A stretch of DNA of 64,000 nt, from NCBI RefSeq assembly GCF_009914755.1, contig NC_060932.1; one strand, written 5' to 3'. Numbering within the stretch: the first letter of the stretch is position 1; each line of letters begins with the position of its first letter. The stretch comes from the human T2T-CHM13v2.0 reference genome, Homo sapiens. A program made the position numbers and the translations under genes. Below the pieces are notes generated by a model. That model did no database searches. It saw nothing but the letters and a program-made list of their open reading frames with translations, and was not told the DNA's origin. This document shows positions 1-11,970 of the stretch, piece by piece.

Positions 1-12
1 TTGATTTTAGTA

Positions 13-60
13 GTGTGTGTATATGTGTGTGTTTGTGTGTGTGTGTGCGTGCGTATGCAC
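13..60. repeat. Imperfect (TG)n microsatellite
   Basis: Alternating gtgtgtgt/tgcg run seen directly. Confidence 0.85.
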
Positions 61-514
61 ATGCTCCATCTTTCATTGTGGCTCAAAACAGGAAAGAACA
101 ACAGAGACCATTACAAGTTCTGTGGGCCTGAGATTGCTCTGAAGATCTGGGTCTGGTGGTTCTCAGCCTGATTTAGTCTAGCAGAGTCCTCCTGGGGACA
201 CAAGGAGGTCTCCACAAGGCAGAAGGCCATGGAGGGAGAAGGCTCCATATGAGACTTCTGAGAAACACCTGCTCAGAACACAGAAAAACTATAGGCAAGG
301 ACAGGACAACCTAGAAGCCAAGGACACCATTACAGATGAGGCTTCAGATTCAGCACCACGGAGCTCAGTGTACTCACCCCAGGTCTCAGTGGAACCCGGA
401 AGCACAAGAGCAGCCATGGCCCTACCTGACCCAAGATCTAGTTGTCCAGTCCTGTGTGTTGGACTCCTGGGTCAGAACAGTCATGTAAAAGGAAGAACAA
501 GAATAAAACCACAT

Positions 515-720
515 GCTGATCAAGTGCTCACTATGTGCCAGGCACTGTGCTAAGTATTTCACGTGCATTATCTCATTTGATCCTACAAAACCCCTAGGAA
601 CTAAATTCTAGTATTAATATTATCCCCAGTTAATAGATAAGCAAACTGATTAAGTGCCCACTGGTTAAGGGCCTTACTCAAGATCACAGAACCCATCATG
701 GGGAAGCCACAATGCATACT
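515..720 (-). mobile_element. MIR SINE fragment
   Basis: gtgctcactatgtgccaggcactgtgctaag...tatctcatttgatcct...aaactga, typical antisense MIR core. Confidence 0.75.
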
Positions 721-789
721 CAAGTCTTCCTCCAGAACCACACACTTCACTGAGTTCTGCACTCAGCCCTTTACGCAGGCCCTGGCCCA

Positions 790-985
790 GAGGTTAAAAA
801 CTCAAGTTCTGGGGCTGGACTACCTGGTTCAATGCTCTGCTCTGCTATTCACTACCTATGCACTTTCACCTCTTTGGACTCTGTTTTTCTAGTTATAAAA
901 TAGGTATAATCCATATCATAGAGCTTTGAATGAATCAATATATGCAAAGTCCTTCTTAGAGAACGTACAAGTGTTCAGTAAGTGA
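790..985 (+). mobile_element. MIR SINE fragment
   Basis: ggactacctggttcaat...ctctgtttttctagttataaaataggtataat...tgcaaagt, MIR sense pattern. Confidence 0.65.
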
Positions 986-1006
986 GCATTTAAAACTGAG
1001 TTGATT

Positions 1007-1400
1007 TTAAGGAGGCCAAAAAGCCAAACAGGAGCAATGAGGCAACCCAGAGATTAGCAATGGCAAACTACCACTTACATCCCTATGCTGCTGGGACAAA
1101 GGAGGCCTCTGGATTGAGGGACCCAGGAGCCTGGTCACCTGGCAGACCTGCTTACTGGGTGCCAGAAACCTAGAATTGCAGCCAGTTCTGGAAATGCTGT
1201 CCAAGGCAGAGAAGGAGAAATGCCCTGGCTTCTTCCTCCCAGCTCCCAGCTCCTGCCAGTCTCCCATTGGCTGAGACCAGCTGGAAACCTGCTGACCCAG
1301 GGGCTGGAAGACACAGCCTATGAGAGTTAGGCCCTGCCAAGCAGAGCAGCGTGGGGCCAGGGCATAGAGTGAGTCAGAAAACAGCAGGCTTGGAATGGGC
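1007..1400 (-). mobile_element. Old ERVL-class LTR (LTR33-like)
   Basis: Motifs gaggcaacccagagattagcaa...catccctatgctg and ctcccattggctgagaccagctggaa resemble the recalled LTR33 consensus. Confidence 0.5.
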
Positions 1401-1409
1401 ATGACCTGT

Positions 1410-1790
1410 CTTAAGGACAAAATCCAAACTCCTTAGCATGGCCTGTACAGCCCGGGCTGTGGCACCCCGCCAACCGTGCCTCTCTATGCTGTGGCATCCC
1501 AGAGCCCAGTTCCTGCCTGCCTCGGGGGCTCCATGCATGCCTCTACCTATCCTGTTTCTCGCACTCCTAGTTCCACTCATCCCTACTCATTCTTCAAGTC
1601 TTTAAATGTCACTTCCTCTGAGGGGCCTGTTCTCTGCTATCTAGAATAGGACCCCCCTCTCAGTAATTTCAAACTCAGCACTCTCTTTTTTCCCTTCATA
1701 GCATTTTTACCCTTCACTTTTCCCAAAACCTAGCACAGGGTCTGGTACAGAACAGGCGTCAACACCTGCTTGTTGAGTGAGTGCATGAAT
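1410..1790 (+). mobile_element. L2 LINE 3' fragment
   Basis: aaatccaaactccttagcatggcc...aaatgtcacttcctctg...cctagcacagggtctgg...tgttgagtgagtgcatgaat (L2 3' terminus). Confidence 0.75.
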
Positions 1791-4567
1791 ATGCTGATCA
1801 GCCTTCATTCACCAGGCCAGACGAATGCTCAGAAGAGCCAGCCACAGGGCCAGCTTCCCAGAGGTCCCAGGCCCCTGGACTCCTCACTGCCTCTTCTAAA
1901 TGCCCAAGAGCACAGCTCTACCTTGGGTCACTCAAAAACTGCTGCCACTCCCAAGAAATTCTGGCTGTAGGCCAAGGGCAGGATCACCTGGGTAGGACCT
2001 TCCCCCTCGGCTCATTCCACCCCTCACTCCCTCATTTACCCCCAACCACTCACCACGGTCCAAAGGAAAACCCTTGGATCCATCACCTCGGGAGTGCCCC
2101 CAGGCCTTCTCTCTTACCTTATATAGAATGTACCCTGGGTCTTCTTGTGGTCAGGATCATATTCAGCTTTGGAATCTCTTGTGGTCATTTGAAATCTTTG
2201 GGGTTCCTAGGGGTACAGACTAGAGCTCTTGGGGTCCCCAGGGTCTCTTTTCCCATAAAAATAGGAGGAGAGAGTAAGAAGAGAGAAAGGCAGGTGAGGG
2301 CAGCTGCCAGCTTACAGAGGAGAAGGAGGGATGGGGAGGGAGAGCGCGTACAGGCCAGGGAAAGTTGGAACAGCCTGTAAGTAGGCCAGAAGGGTCTGGG
2401 CTGAGCCTGTGATTAGCACCACTAATCATTTCACCAGCTCAAAATAAGTTCTCTCCTCTGAGACCATCCTCCCAGGGTCAGCCCAAGCTCCTGATTAACC
2501 CAGGTTGCTGCTGTTCTGCTGCGAGAGAAAATAACCCATGGGAGGGCTGGAGGAGTCCGGGAATCTGAGGTCCCCAAAGGTCATTCCCCCAGCCTCCCAG
2601 CACACCACCCCTAACCCCCAGCATAGGAGCACGCTCTCAGGGCCACCAAGCCTCCTACTCCCTGGTGGGGTGCCCGGCCACAGGGTTAGTTCAGGCCCCC
2701 TCCCACACAGAGGAGCCCAGCCAGCAAGATAGGTAATTGGCAGGGCTTGGGGCCAGCCCCGGGGGGATAGTGATCTGGGAGAATATCCTGTCTTCCGGAT
2801 TGTCACCCTCACTTGATTGTCACCCTCACTTATCCTCAGGGTGCTGCAACCCCCAGAGTGCTCTCCGGGACTGATCTCACATCTGCTCCCAGAACAGTAT
2901 CTGAAGTGATTAAAACCACACAGCCCCTCCATTCACACTCCTGTCGTCTCTCAGCTGGCCACCTGTCGGGCCACCAGACCAGATAGCCACTTTCCCTTCT
3001 CCTCTAAGGACTCTTGTTCGACATGGTTGTTTGGAAAGGGGGGCCTGTGGGTGCAGAGACCCGGAATTACAGCAGCAGTTAATTGCCTAGGTAGCAGCCT
3101 GGCCGAGGCAGGGGACGTGTCTGCTCAGAAGCCAACTCAGGTTCTCTGCTGAAGGTCATTAGGAGGAGGTAGAACTTCAACGTCTTCATCCCACAAGGCC
3201 ACATGGAAGATGACAAGTTGGCTGGCCTGAGCATAGCACAGCTTCAGATGCAGCAGTGGGCCTCTGCGGGGACCTTGGGGCACACTCCTCTCTCTGAGTG
3301 CCATCTTCACCTGACAGGCACTATTAATTGGCAGCTGTGAGAATGCAGTGGAAGGACCAGTTCCAAAGACATGTTCCTTAACCTGGAAGCCCCACACACC
3401 CTCCTGCCACTCAGCCTTATCCTGCCTGGACTTCAGGGCCCATGTCCAGTCCCACCCTCTCCACAGACCCTGTCCTGACTATACTACACAAGCCTACAGG
3501 GCCATTTATCCACCAGGAGGTAGGCTGTGCCTTTAAAAATGTGGGTAAGGGAGGTAGTTATATGCTGGAGAAATGGCAGACAGTGTCAAGCAAGTTTATG
3601 GCAAGGACCAAACAGAGTGTCCGAATTGCCTCTGCCCCAAAGAGGTGATAAGTACATGGCCCAGGCCTTCAGTGGGAGTGGGGGTTGATGCTTCTAACAT
3701 GCAGCTGGGGAATAGGGATGTGGGAAAGTGCTACAGGCAGGTCCATGGTCCCAAAGGAGCCATCCACAGGCAGGTTACAAAATTCCTACAAGGCCAATAA
3801 AGGAAAAGCCAGCAGGAACCCTAGGGACTTCAGGGAGCTGCTTTATGAGGCCCTTTAGAGTGGGCCACCCAAAAGCCAGGCCTAGAGGAAAGGCCAGGGC
3901 AAAAAAGCAGGCAACAGAACCACTTCCCCATCTGCTTCTGTGGCCCCAGGTGAGGTCATGCTCTGAACCCTTAAAGGATATGCAGAGAAGACGCGAAAGA
4001 GCCCAAAATCGGGTGGGCTAGAAATTGACAGGCCAGAAGACCCCAAAGCCAGGCAGAGTGGATCCTGGCTGTGGGCAAGAGCCAATGCCCTCTGTCCCCT
4101 TCTCCCAACCCACCCCAGGGAACTTGGGCAGAGAGCATCAGCCAGGCAGTCCTACCCATCTCCTGGGGAGATGCTGCTAGCCACAGAGCCTGTATCGGCA
4201 TCCACCCAGAGCTAGCGGCAGCTGCTTCCCAGTCCCACCCAGGAAAGGTGCAAGAATGCCCTCGCAGCTCATCAGGTGGCCAGCAGCAAGTGTGTGCCTG
4301 GGGGGTTCCATGAGGGCCGGTTGCTCTATCTAGCTAAGCCTCCATCTCCCATGGCCTTCATGCAGCAGCGTGACTCTTGCCCCCTAAGATCATTGTGGGG
4401 AGGCTGGCCAGGCCAGCTGCTGGTAGTTCACAATAGGGTTCATGCTCCTGTGAACCCTCTAACAGCTCTAACAACTGTTTCAGCCAGAGAACAATGAAGC
4501 AACTGACTGTCAGCTAGCTGCCCCAGGGCACACTGCACAACCATGGGGCACAGGCATGTGTTTTTGC

Positions 4568-4583
4568 AGACACATACAACACA

Positions 4584-4622
<39 letters not shown>
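4568..4622. repeat. (CA)n microsatellite
   Basis: Seen directly; pure CA run 4586-4622. Confidence 0.95.
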
Positions 4623-4624
<2 letters not shown>

Positions 4625-5207
4625 GTGTAATACAGGTCCCTGTCCTATTCCACAGCCACAACTCTCAACAATGTCTGTCCACACACAGGACAATGTGTAC
4701 CCTGCTGACCAGCCCTAATTTCTAGATATTCCATCCTGATTATTTTAGGAATTTTGGTTTCCCTATGAACTTTATGCCCAATATAAGAGTACCCTTTCAG
4801 AATGCAGCCTCCCTTCCACAATGGCCTCTGTTTATAGATGAGTAAATTGGATGAGGAAGCTCGTCCAACACCACAAAAGCCTTTATGTAACCAAGCAAAT
4901 ATGAATGGCCCAAGCCACTCATCTCTGAGGCATGGCTGGGAGCAGGGGGTGCCTAACATTGAAAACTGTGTCAGATTCTAAGAGCTACATCACAAATAGT
5001 GTCCATTGTTCTTGTAGATGCAGACAAACACACAAAATTACACTCTAAGCAGCAAAAGTGGTAAAATTAAGTCTGTCTGGAAGGTCTGGAACACCTTCAT
5101 GGAGCACGTGACATTGGACCTTAGTCCAGTGTGGGGAGGGCCACTGTGCAGGAAGGACTTCTAATGCACCAAACATGGTGGCAGACGCTTTACAGAGAGC
5201 CTTAGTG

Positions 5208-5584
5208 CAGCAGCCCCCAGTGTTTTTGGCACCAGGTTTGATGGAAGACCATTTTTCCATGGACCAGGGTTAGGGGCCAGATGGTTTTACGATGAAACTG
5301 TTCCACTTCAGATCATCAGGCATTAGTTGGATTCTCATAAGAAACGTGCAGTCTAGATCTCTCACATGTGCAGTTCACAATAGGGTTCATGCTCCTATGA
5401 GAATCTAATGCCGCTGATGATCTGACAGGAGGCGGAGCTCAGGGAGTAATGCAAGTGCTGGGAGTGTGTTTAAATACAGATGAAGCTTCACTTGCTTGCC
5501 CTTGCTCACCTCTTGCTGTGCAGCCCCGTTCCTAACAGACCATGGACCAGTACCCATCCATAGCCCTGAGGTTGAGGACCCTTA
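5208..5584 (-). mobile_element. MER1 (hAT-Charlie MITE, MER1A/B type) interrupting a MIR
   Basis: MER1 body (gatgaaactgttccacttcagatcatcaggcattag; ggaggcggagctcagg); 8-bp TSD ccttagtg (5200-5207) / tcttagtg (5585-5592). Confidence 0.9.
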
Positions 5585-5592
5585 TCTTAGTG

Positions 5593-5760
5593 AATCTTCA
5601 CATCCATGCTGTGAGGTGGGTGCTTTCCTCATTTCTACTTCACAGGTGAGGACAGGAAGCCTTAGGGTGTTTGACCCAAGTGATATTGCTAGAAGGAGTA
5701 GACCAGGATTTAAACCTAGTCAGGGTGACTCCAGAACCAGCACTCTCAGTTGCCACGTTG
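5593..5760 (-). mobile_element. MIR fragment (continuation of 5160-5200)
   Basis: aatcttcacat...gtgaggtgggtg...cacaggtgagga...ggatttaaacctag...gactccagaacc. Confidence 0.6.
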
Positions 5761-5784
5761 TGTTGCATCTCAGAATGGGAAGCA

Positions 5785-6720
5785 AAAGCATTGGCAGGAA
5801 CAGCTGCCAGGTGGGAAACATGGGGAAGGGTCTTGAGGCAGAGGTATGGCATGTGCAAAGGCAAAGAGTGGGGACATCATGGTGGCCTTGAGGGCCTACA
5901 ATTTTGCGTCTTGGCAAGATCAGCTCTGGATTAACAGGAGGCAAGGTTAGAAACAGGGAAATTAATGAAGAGCTTATGACCATGAACAAAGACAGTTACT
6001 CCACAATCAGATATAGGGAAAGAGAGTAATGTGTGGGAGTCTAACATAATTCCTAGGGGCTGGCCCACAGAAGGAGGGGCAAGTTGAAGGAGGGCAATAA
6101 AATGAGTCCAGGTTGCGCGGGAGGAGAAGCATTCAGGTGAAGCTATCTAGTGGGAAGTTCAATATAAGGTGTGTGGTACAGGAGAGAGCTCTGGCCAGGA
6201 CAGATGTGTATGAATGGGTAGACGTGAAGTCACGGACAACCTTGGTCTGGTGCAGGAAGAATGAGAAGAAAGGGAAAGAGGACCCTAGGAAAGGAAGCTG
6301 AGATATGACAGATGTGTAAGTTCTGGGCAGAAGAAGAGGAAGCAGCAAAGACACTGGGAGATGCTGGTCAGGGAGCTCAGGGGAGAAGCAAGGCAGAGAA
6401 ATGGCTCAGGTCTACAGGGTTCTAAGAGAAGAGGAGTGGCTGACTGGTTAATGCCTCAGGAAAGTCAGGTGAGTTGTGGGCTGTAAAAGGACACATTAGG
6501 AAGTAGGGAGAACCAAAGCAGAGAAAAGGCTCAGGTCTACAGGGTTTTAAGAGAAGAGGAGTGGTAGATTGATTAATGCCTCAGAAAAGTAAGGTAAGGT
6601 GTGGGCTGCAAATTGACATATTAGGGGTCACTGGGGGCTTTTGTCATTAAAATAGTAGATTAAGGAGAGAACAAGAAACAAAGTTGAAGATGATGATCTT
6701 CAAGGAACTGTCTTCAAAAG
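5785..6720 (-). mobile_element. Degenerate L2 LINE containing a ~125 bp tandem duplication
   Basis: Purine-rich antisense L2 pattern; duplicated block 6380-6500 / 6505-6625. Confidence 0.55.
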
Positions 6721-7199
6721 GAAGAATAAAATGTTGCTAGCATGGTTGAAGAAGAGATATTTTTATGTAAGTTGATTTTTTAATTACTTAGTGATGGATA
6801 CATGTGATAGAATATATGTAAAGTATCCATGAATGCTTCACTTAACCTAAGAGCTCCACTTAACCTAAGAACCAGAACATCGCCAGTACAGCGGTACCAT
6901 ACTCCATCACCTCCCTAGTAACTGTCCTCCAGGAAGAGCTTTTGAAGATGGGCTGAACTGAAGCATGTTCAAGGACTATGAGGAAGGGACAATAGAGTGG
7001 GAAGATCTTGTGGAGTCCCTGAAGGAAGAACGGGATAGACTGTAAGTACAGGAGAGAAGAGTGAACAGAAAAATCATTCCTTGCCCTGAGCCAGGAGGAG
7101 AGGAGTGAGAGTTGATGTACATTTGGATGAATTGAGAGAGAATGAGGATAGGAAGCTGGGACAGCACTTTCCAGATGACCCCCATCTGTTCCTCAATAG

Positions 7200-7262
7200 G
7201 ACGATGATGATGAAGATGATGACGATGATGATGATGATGATGATGACATAATGATGATAAAT
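7200..7262. repeat. (GAT)n trinucleotide repeat
   Basis: gacgatgatgatgaagatgatgacgatgatg...; this is the source of the poly-H and poly-S ORFs. Confidence 0.95.
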
Positions 7263-7699
7263 GAGGCAGTAATGTTGTTAGGACCTTGAGGGGAATAAGC
7301 TGACCAGAGACACATAATGGATTCTTGCCAAGCAGCACCAAGAGCCTGCCCAATGGATCTGCAGTGGCTCCTTCCAGCCAAGTATATGATCTCCTCCAGT
7401 GGTTCTCAACAAACCCAGTGAGTAGAGGAATTGACAGATAGCTGGATGGACCCAAGGTGCACAACTTACCTGCGTGGGTCTAGTCCAAATAGAACAAATC
7501 CAGATTGATAAAGCAGCTTGTAAGAACTGGGTTGGAGGACGCACCCTAGGATATTGGCTACCCAGAAAAGAATAGGAAAGGAGATGGGGCTGGCCTGTGG
7601 GCAAGAGAAGCATCAAGGGAAATGTACCTCTAAATGAGGTGGGAGAACAGAGGACACAGTAAAGCACTGAGGTAAGTGTCAATGAGCGCTGTAAAGTGC

Positions 7700-7880
7700 T
7701 AACTAAGTTTGCATCTGGCTGTGACACCTATCAGCTATGTAGCCTTGGGCAGATTTTTAACATCTTTGAACCCCCATGATCTTACTCATAACAATTCCTC
7801 TCTTAAGGGGTTGTCACCCTAAGCTCAAAGGAGGGAGCTGTGAAAGTTCATTGTAAGCTGTGTGCAAATGTCAGCAGTGA
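7700..7880 (+). mobile_element. MIR fragment
   Basis: tcagctatgtagccttgggcagatttttaacatctttgaacc...gtgaaagt. Confidence 0.6.
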
Positions 7881-8029
7881 TGAATCAGGCAAGGAGGTCA
7901 AGACAGTCTTCAGGTTTCCAGCAGGACTGGGACTCAGTAAGTCATTCCTCCCCATCATTTGGTAATGATGTCATTTGGTAAGTAAGTCATTCCTCCCCGT
8001 CATTTGGGTGGCTGCTTTTCCCTTACTCT

Positions 8030-8230
8030 GCCCTTGTCCTTCCCAAATCTCATTTGGTTGGTTTCTGACCAATCTCTAAAACCTACTCGAGTCAATTTGA
8101 ATTCTAATCTGATCCTCCAAGGTGCCCCTCCAGCCTCAGCTGGGTGTCATCTATGAAATTAATGAGTGTGCTCTCTGTTTCATCATCTAGTCCATTGCTG
8201 GAAACATTAAATAGCCCAGGGCTCCAGACT
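8030..8230 (-). mobile_element. CR1/L3 LINE reverse-transcriptase fragment
   Basis: Minus-strand translation of 8137-8217 is GLFNVSSNGLDDETESTLINFIDDTQL, resembling the CR1 RT motif LFNIFINDLDEGIExTLSKFADDTKL. Confidence 0.75.
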
Positions 8231-8334
8231 TTGAATTGCTCCAAATGGACTCTCACAAGTCTCCAGTTTTTTTTGTCGTTTGGAGACATACAGTGGGAAG
8301 CCAAGCACTTCCTCTCCTGGATTTCAGCCATAAC

Positions 8335-8357
8335 CCCACCACCACCACCACCACCCT
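8335..8357. repeat. (CCA)n short tandem repeat
   Basis: Seen directly. Confidence 0.8.
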
Positions 8358-8578
8358 CACCTGCAAACGTGGTCTTTCCATGAGGTGCCAAAAAAAGACA
8401 TCTATAGTTAGCAATCAAAATAAGGCTCTCTGCCCTTCCCTGAAGATCACACCACTTCTATCTCCTGAAGCATTCTTTAGGAGACCCTGGGCTTACTGCC
8501 TTGACTCTGGCTCCTGCCAGTGCCCTTGCCTTAGGGGCCTCTGAGCCATCATCCACTCAGTCCATGATGTTTAGTGTA

Positions 8579-8918
8579 TATCTTAGTCCATCTGGGCTGC
8601 TATGACAAAATACTTTCCACTGCATAATTTATAAACAACAGAAATGTATTGCTCATAGTTCTGGAGGCTGGGAAATCCAAGATTAAACTGCCGATAGAGG
8701 AAGGCCTCTATAGATGATGCCATCTATGTGTCCTCACATGGCTGAAGAGGCAAATAGCTCCCTGGGGCCTCTTTTACAAGGACACTAATCCCATTCATGA
8801 CGACAAAGCCCTCATGACCTAATCACATCCCAAAGACTCCACTTCTTGATACTATTGCACTGGGGATTAGGTTTTGACATATGAATTTTTGGGAACAACA
8901 AGCAGTCAGACCATAGTA
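8579..8918 (-). mobile_element. MaLR solo LTR (MLT1A/MST type)
   Basis: tcttagtccatctgggctgctatgacaaaatac...gtcagaccatagta; perfect 5-bp TSD gtgta (8574-8578 / 8919-8923). Confidence 0.88.
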
Positions 8919-9026
8919 GTGTATTAGCAATAATTTACTACTGAGGAAGAATTCTTGGGGTACCACTTGGGAATGTGTTGAACATAATCCAGTCCCACTG
9001 ATCTGCCTCCACTCTGCCAGTTCTAA

Positions 9027-9394
<368 letters not shown>

Positions 9395-10431
9395 TCCTCT
9401 ACATGATTCTTGAAGGACAACACCCAGGATTCATTCATTTTTTATTGTCTATCTATGAAGTGTCAGCCTCAGTCATTGGTGCACAGCCATTAACAAAGCA
9501 AACATGATCTCCTCTCTCCATATGAATACTGCAGTCTAAACTCTGCCCTGCTGCCCGTCTCCCCTGATGTCTCGAAATAGTCATTTTCCACACACCCCCA
9601 ACCCCCTGGATCCTATTTGACATATCCTACACTGATTCTTCCCCCACGTGTTTGGTGAAAGTCACCTTCCACAGTTGATCTTCTGTCCAAATTCTGGCTC
9701 CTGGCTCATGCTCAGTTTTCCACATCATCTTTGTCACCTTTTTTGTCCCTTTGTATGTCTCACCAGTTCTCTATCCTGTGCCTAAGCAGGCATTCCTTCT
9801 TTCATAGCTGCTATCTTCTGTAGGTAGGTTGAGCCCTAACCAACCCTACTTCTACTTTCCCCTCCGTCCCCTTCTTGCCCACCTTCTGCTAATGGGTTGG
9901 CCAACATTAACGTACATTTGCAAAGCAACTACTTTGGACCTCTTGTCTTTGGTCCCACAGGTATCTGGCTTTGGCAATTCTCTAATTGGGAAGGAGGTTT
10001 TCCATCAACTTCTAGTGCTTTCCTGCCTCATACCTAGACAGATCCAGGTTTCTTCTGGGGGAGGTTGGTGAGCACACCCCAGAATTCCCTTCATGAGGAA
10101 TGAGACCCAGTGCCCTTGGGGTCTATTTGCTCATCCATCACTCGACAGTCCTGGCTATAGCTGTGCCTGACACAGTGCTAGGCACCAGGAATCCAGAGAT
10201 GATTAAGACATACTATATTGTGTGAAAGCAAAAGAAAGGAATTCTTTTTTTTTTTCAATTGAGGATGTTGGAATGTTTCATAGAGTTGACATGCAGAGAC
10301 AAAAAAACAAATGGAGAAACTATAATCAATGACACTGGTTTTAACTTAGCAATCTGTCATCTCTGCAGAGAAATATTTTTTAGCTACCCTGCTGGCCTCA
10401 CTGAGCAGCTGAGACACATGTGTGTGCAGGT

Positions 10432-11106
10432 GTCTGACATAGTTGACTCCATCTTGCTTCTAACCTCCAAGCTGTCCTTGGTCATTCCTGGGCATAGGCC
10501 AAGATAACTTGGGGAGGAATTTAGTTTATACTTTAACCTTAAAGCAAGGATAGTAATAATCCTTTCCAAAACTAAACCACCTTTGTAAAACGAATGAAAG
10601 GCCACAAGTTAGGATTATGAGAGGGGTCTGAATTCTACTAAGATGTAGGCATAGTTAATCAATAATCAGCCATTGTTCCAAAGGACCATACTTCCCCAAT
10701 TATTCCTGTAGATAACATCACTATTGTAGAACCTAAGACTAGCCTTTTGAGATATTTGTTCAGACTTTTGCATTTCTGACAACCTGCTGACTCCACTCAG
10801 ATCTGTGACTCATGACTCAATGGGTCCAGCTGTGTGATCCCACCCAGAGGCTGAGTCTGTGCACAAGACCCACTTTCTATACCCTTATGATTTCGTCTCC
10901 AACCCATCAACATTCTCCACTCCCTAGCCTCCCTTTCACCAAACTATACTTGAAAAACTCTAACTTTTGAGGAGACTGATTTGAGTGTCCATCTCCTCTA
11001 TGGCCAGCCTCACGTTAGTAATACTCTTTCTCTACCACAATAGCACAATTCCAGTGGATTGGTGTTGTCTGTGCAGGAGGCAGGAAAAACCCATCGGGTG
11101 ATTACA
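10432..11106 (+). mobile_element. ERV1 solo LTR, LTR8 family (LTR8/8A/8B), 5' end missing
   Basis: gactccatcttgcttctaacctccaagctgtccttggtcattcctgggc...; ends aaacccatcgggtgattaca. Confidence 0.85.
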
Positions 11107-11299
11107 CAAGTGTGTGTCAGCCATGGAAGAAGGGGTTTGTGTGAGAGTTTCCTCTTAAACAATAGAAAAGCCAAAGAGGGAAGAACTCAAAGGGTAAAGA
11201 GCAACCTCAGAGACCTCTGCTGGTCCAACCTTCAGCACCTCCCTCTCTGTTTTGCCCCCATCTAACCAAGAGCCTAATGGAGACCTCATCAGTTCCACC

Positions 11300-11970
11300 T
11301 TCTGAGCACCTCCTATGTCTTCTGTCTACATTACTGTCTCTACCTAACACAGACCCTGCTGTCTCCCATCTTGTTGACTGCAGCAGTCTCCTAATTGGTC
11401 TCTCTGCCTTCAACTTGACCCTTCCAGATGGTTCTTCCCATGGCAGCCATAGCATCCTTTCTAAAACACAAATAATCCCTTATCTTCTTCAGTGGCTCCC
11501 CAAGTGCCTTTTGCTTAGCAAAACTCCCCAAGTCTGCCATATATGGCCCCCTGCTGATGGCTCCAGCCTCATATCTCACCACTCCCTCCCCAAACCTAGA
11601 TGGAATGTCCAATCCATGCTGTGTTGCTCTCTCCTACCCCCATCTCCCCACACTTTCCACATGCTCTTAATTCCTGAAACACCTTGGCCCTTCCCATTCT
11701 TTCACCTCCTCTTTGCATGGCTGATCCGTAGTCAATATCAAGGTATCAGCCTGGGCTTACCTTCCTCTTTCCTGGCCCCAGTCTAGGGTGGGTACATGCC
11801 TTTTATCATCACAGGATATCATGATTGCCTGTTTAGTCATCTGATTCTCATTAGATCATAGGCTTGGAGAAGGCAGAAACCACTCCTGTCTTGGAGACTG
11901 TTGCATCTGCTGTTCTAAATCAGTACTTGTTGAGTTAGCAGTGCTTGGTATTTACTGAACAACTGAATAC
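11300..11970 (+). mobile_element. L2 LINE 3' region
   Basis: gactgcagcagtctcctaattggtctctctgcc...cttcagtggctcccc...tatttactgaacaactgaat. Confidence 0.7.

Noticed and set aside
1781-2380. Longest ORF (199 aa) as a gene
   Set aside because: No recognisable domain, starts in an L2 tail, and this length is expected by chance in GC-richer DNA.
6976-7464. Poly-His and poly-Ser ORFs
   Set aside because: Translation artefacts of the (GAT)n repeat.
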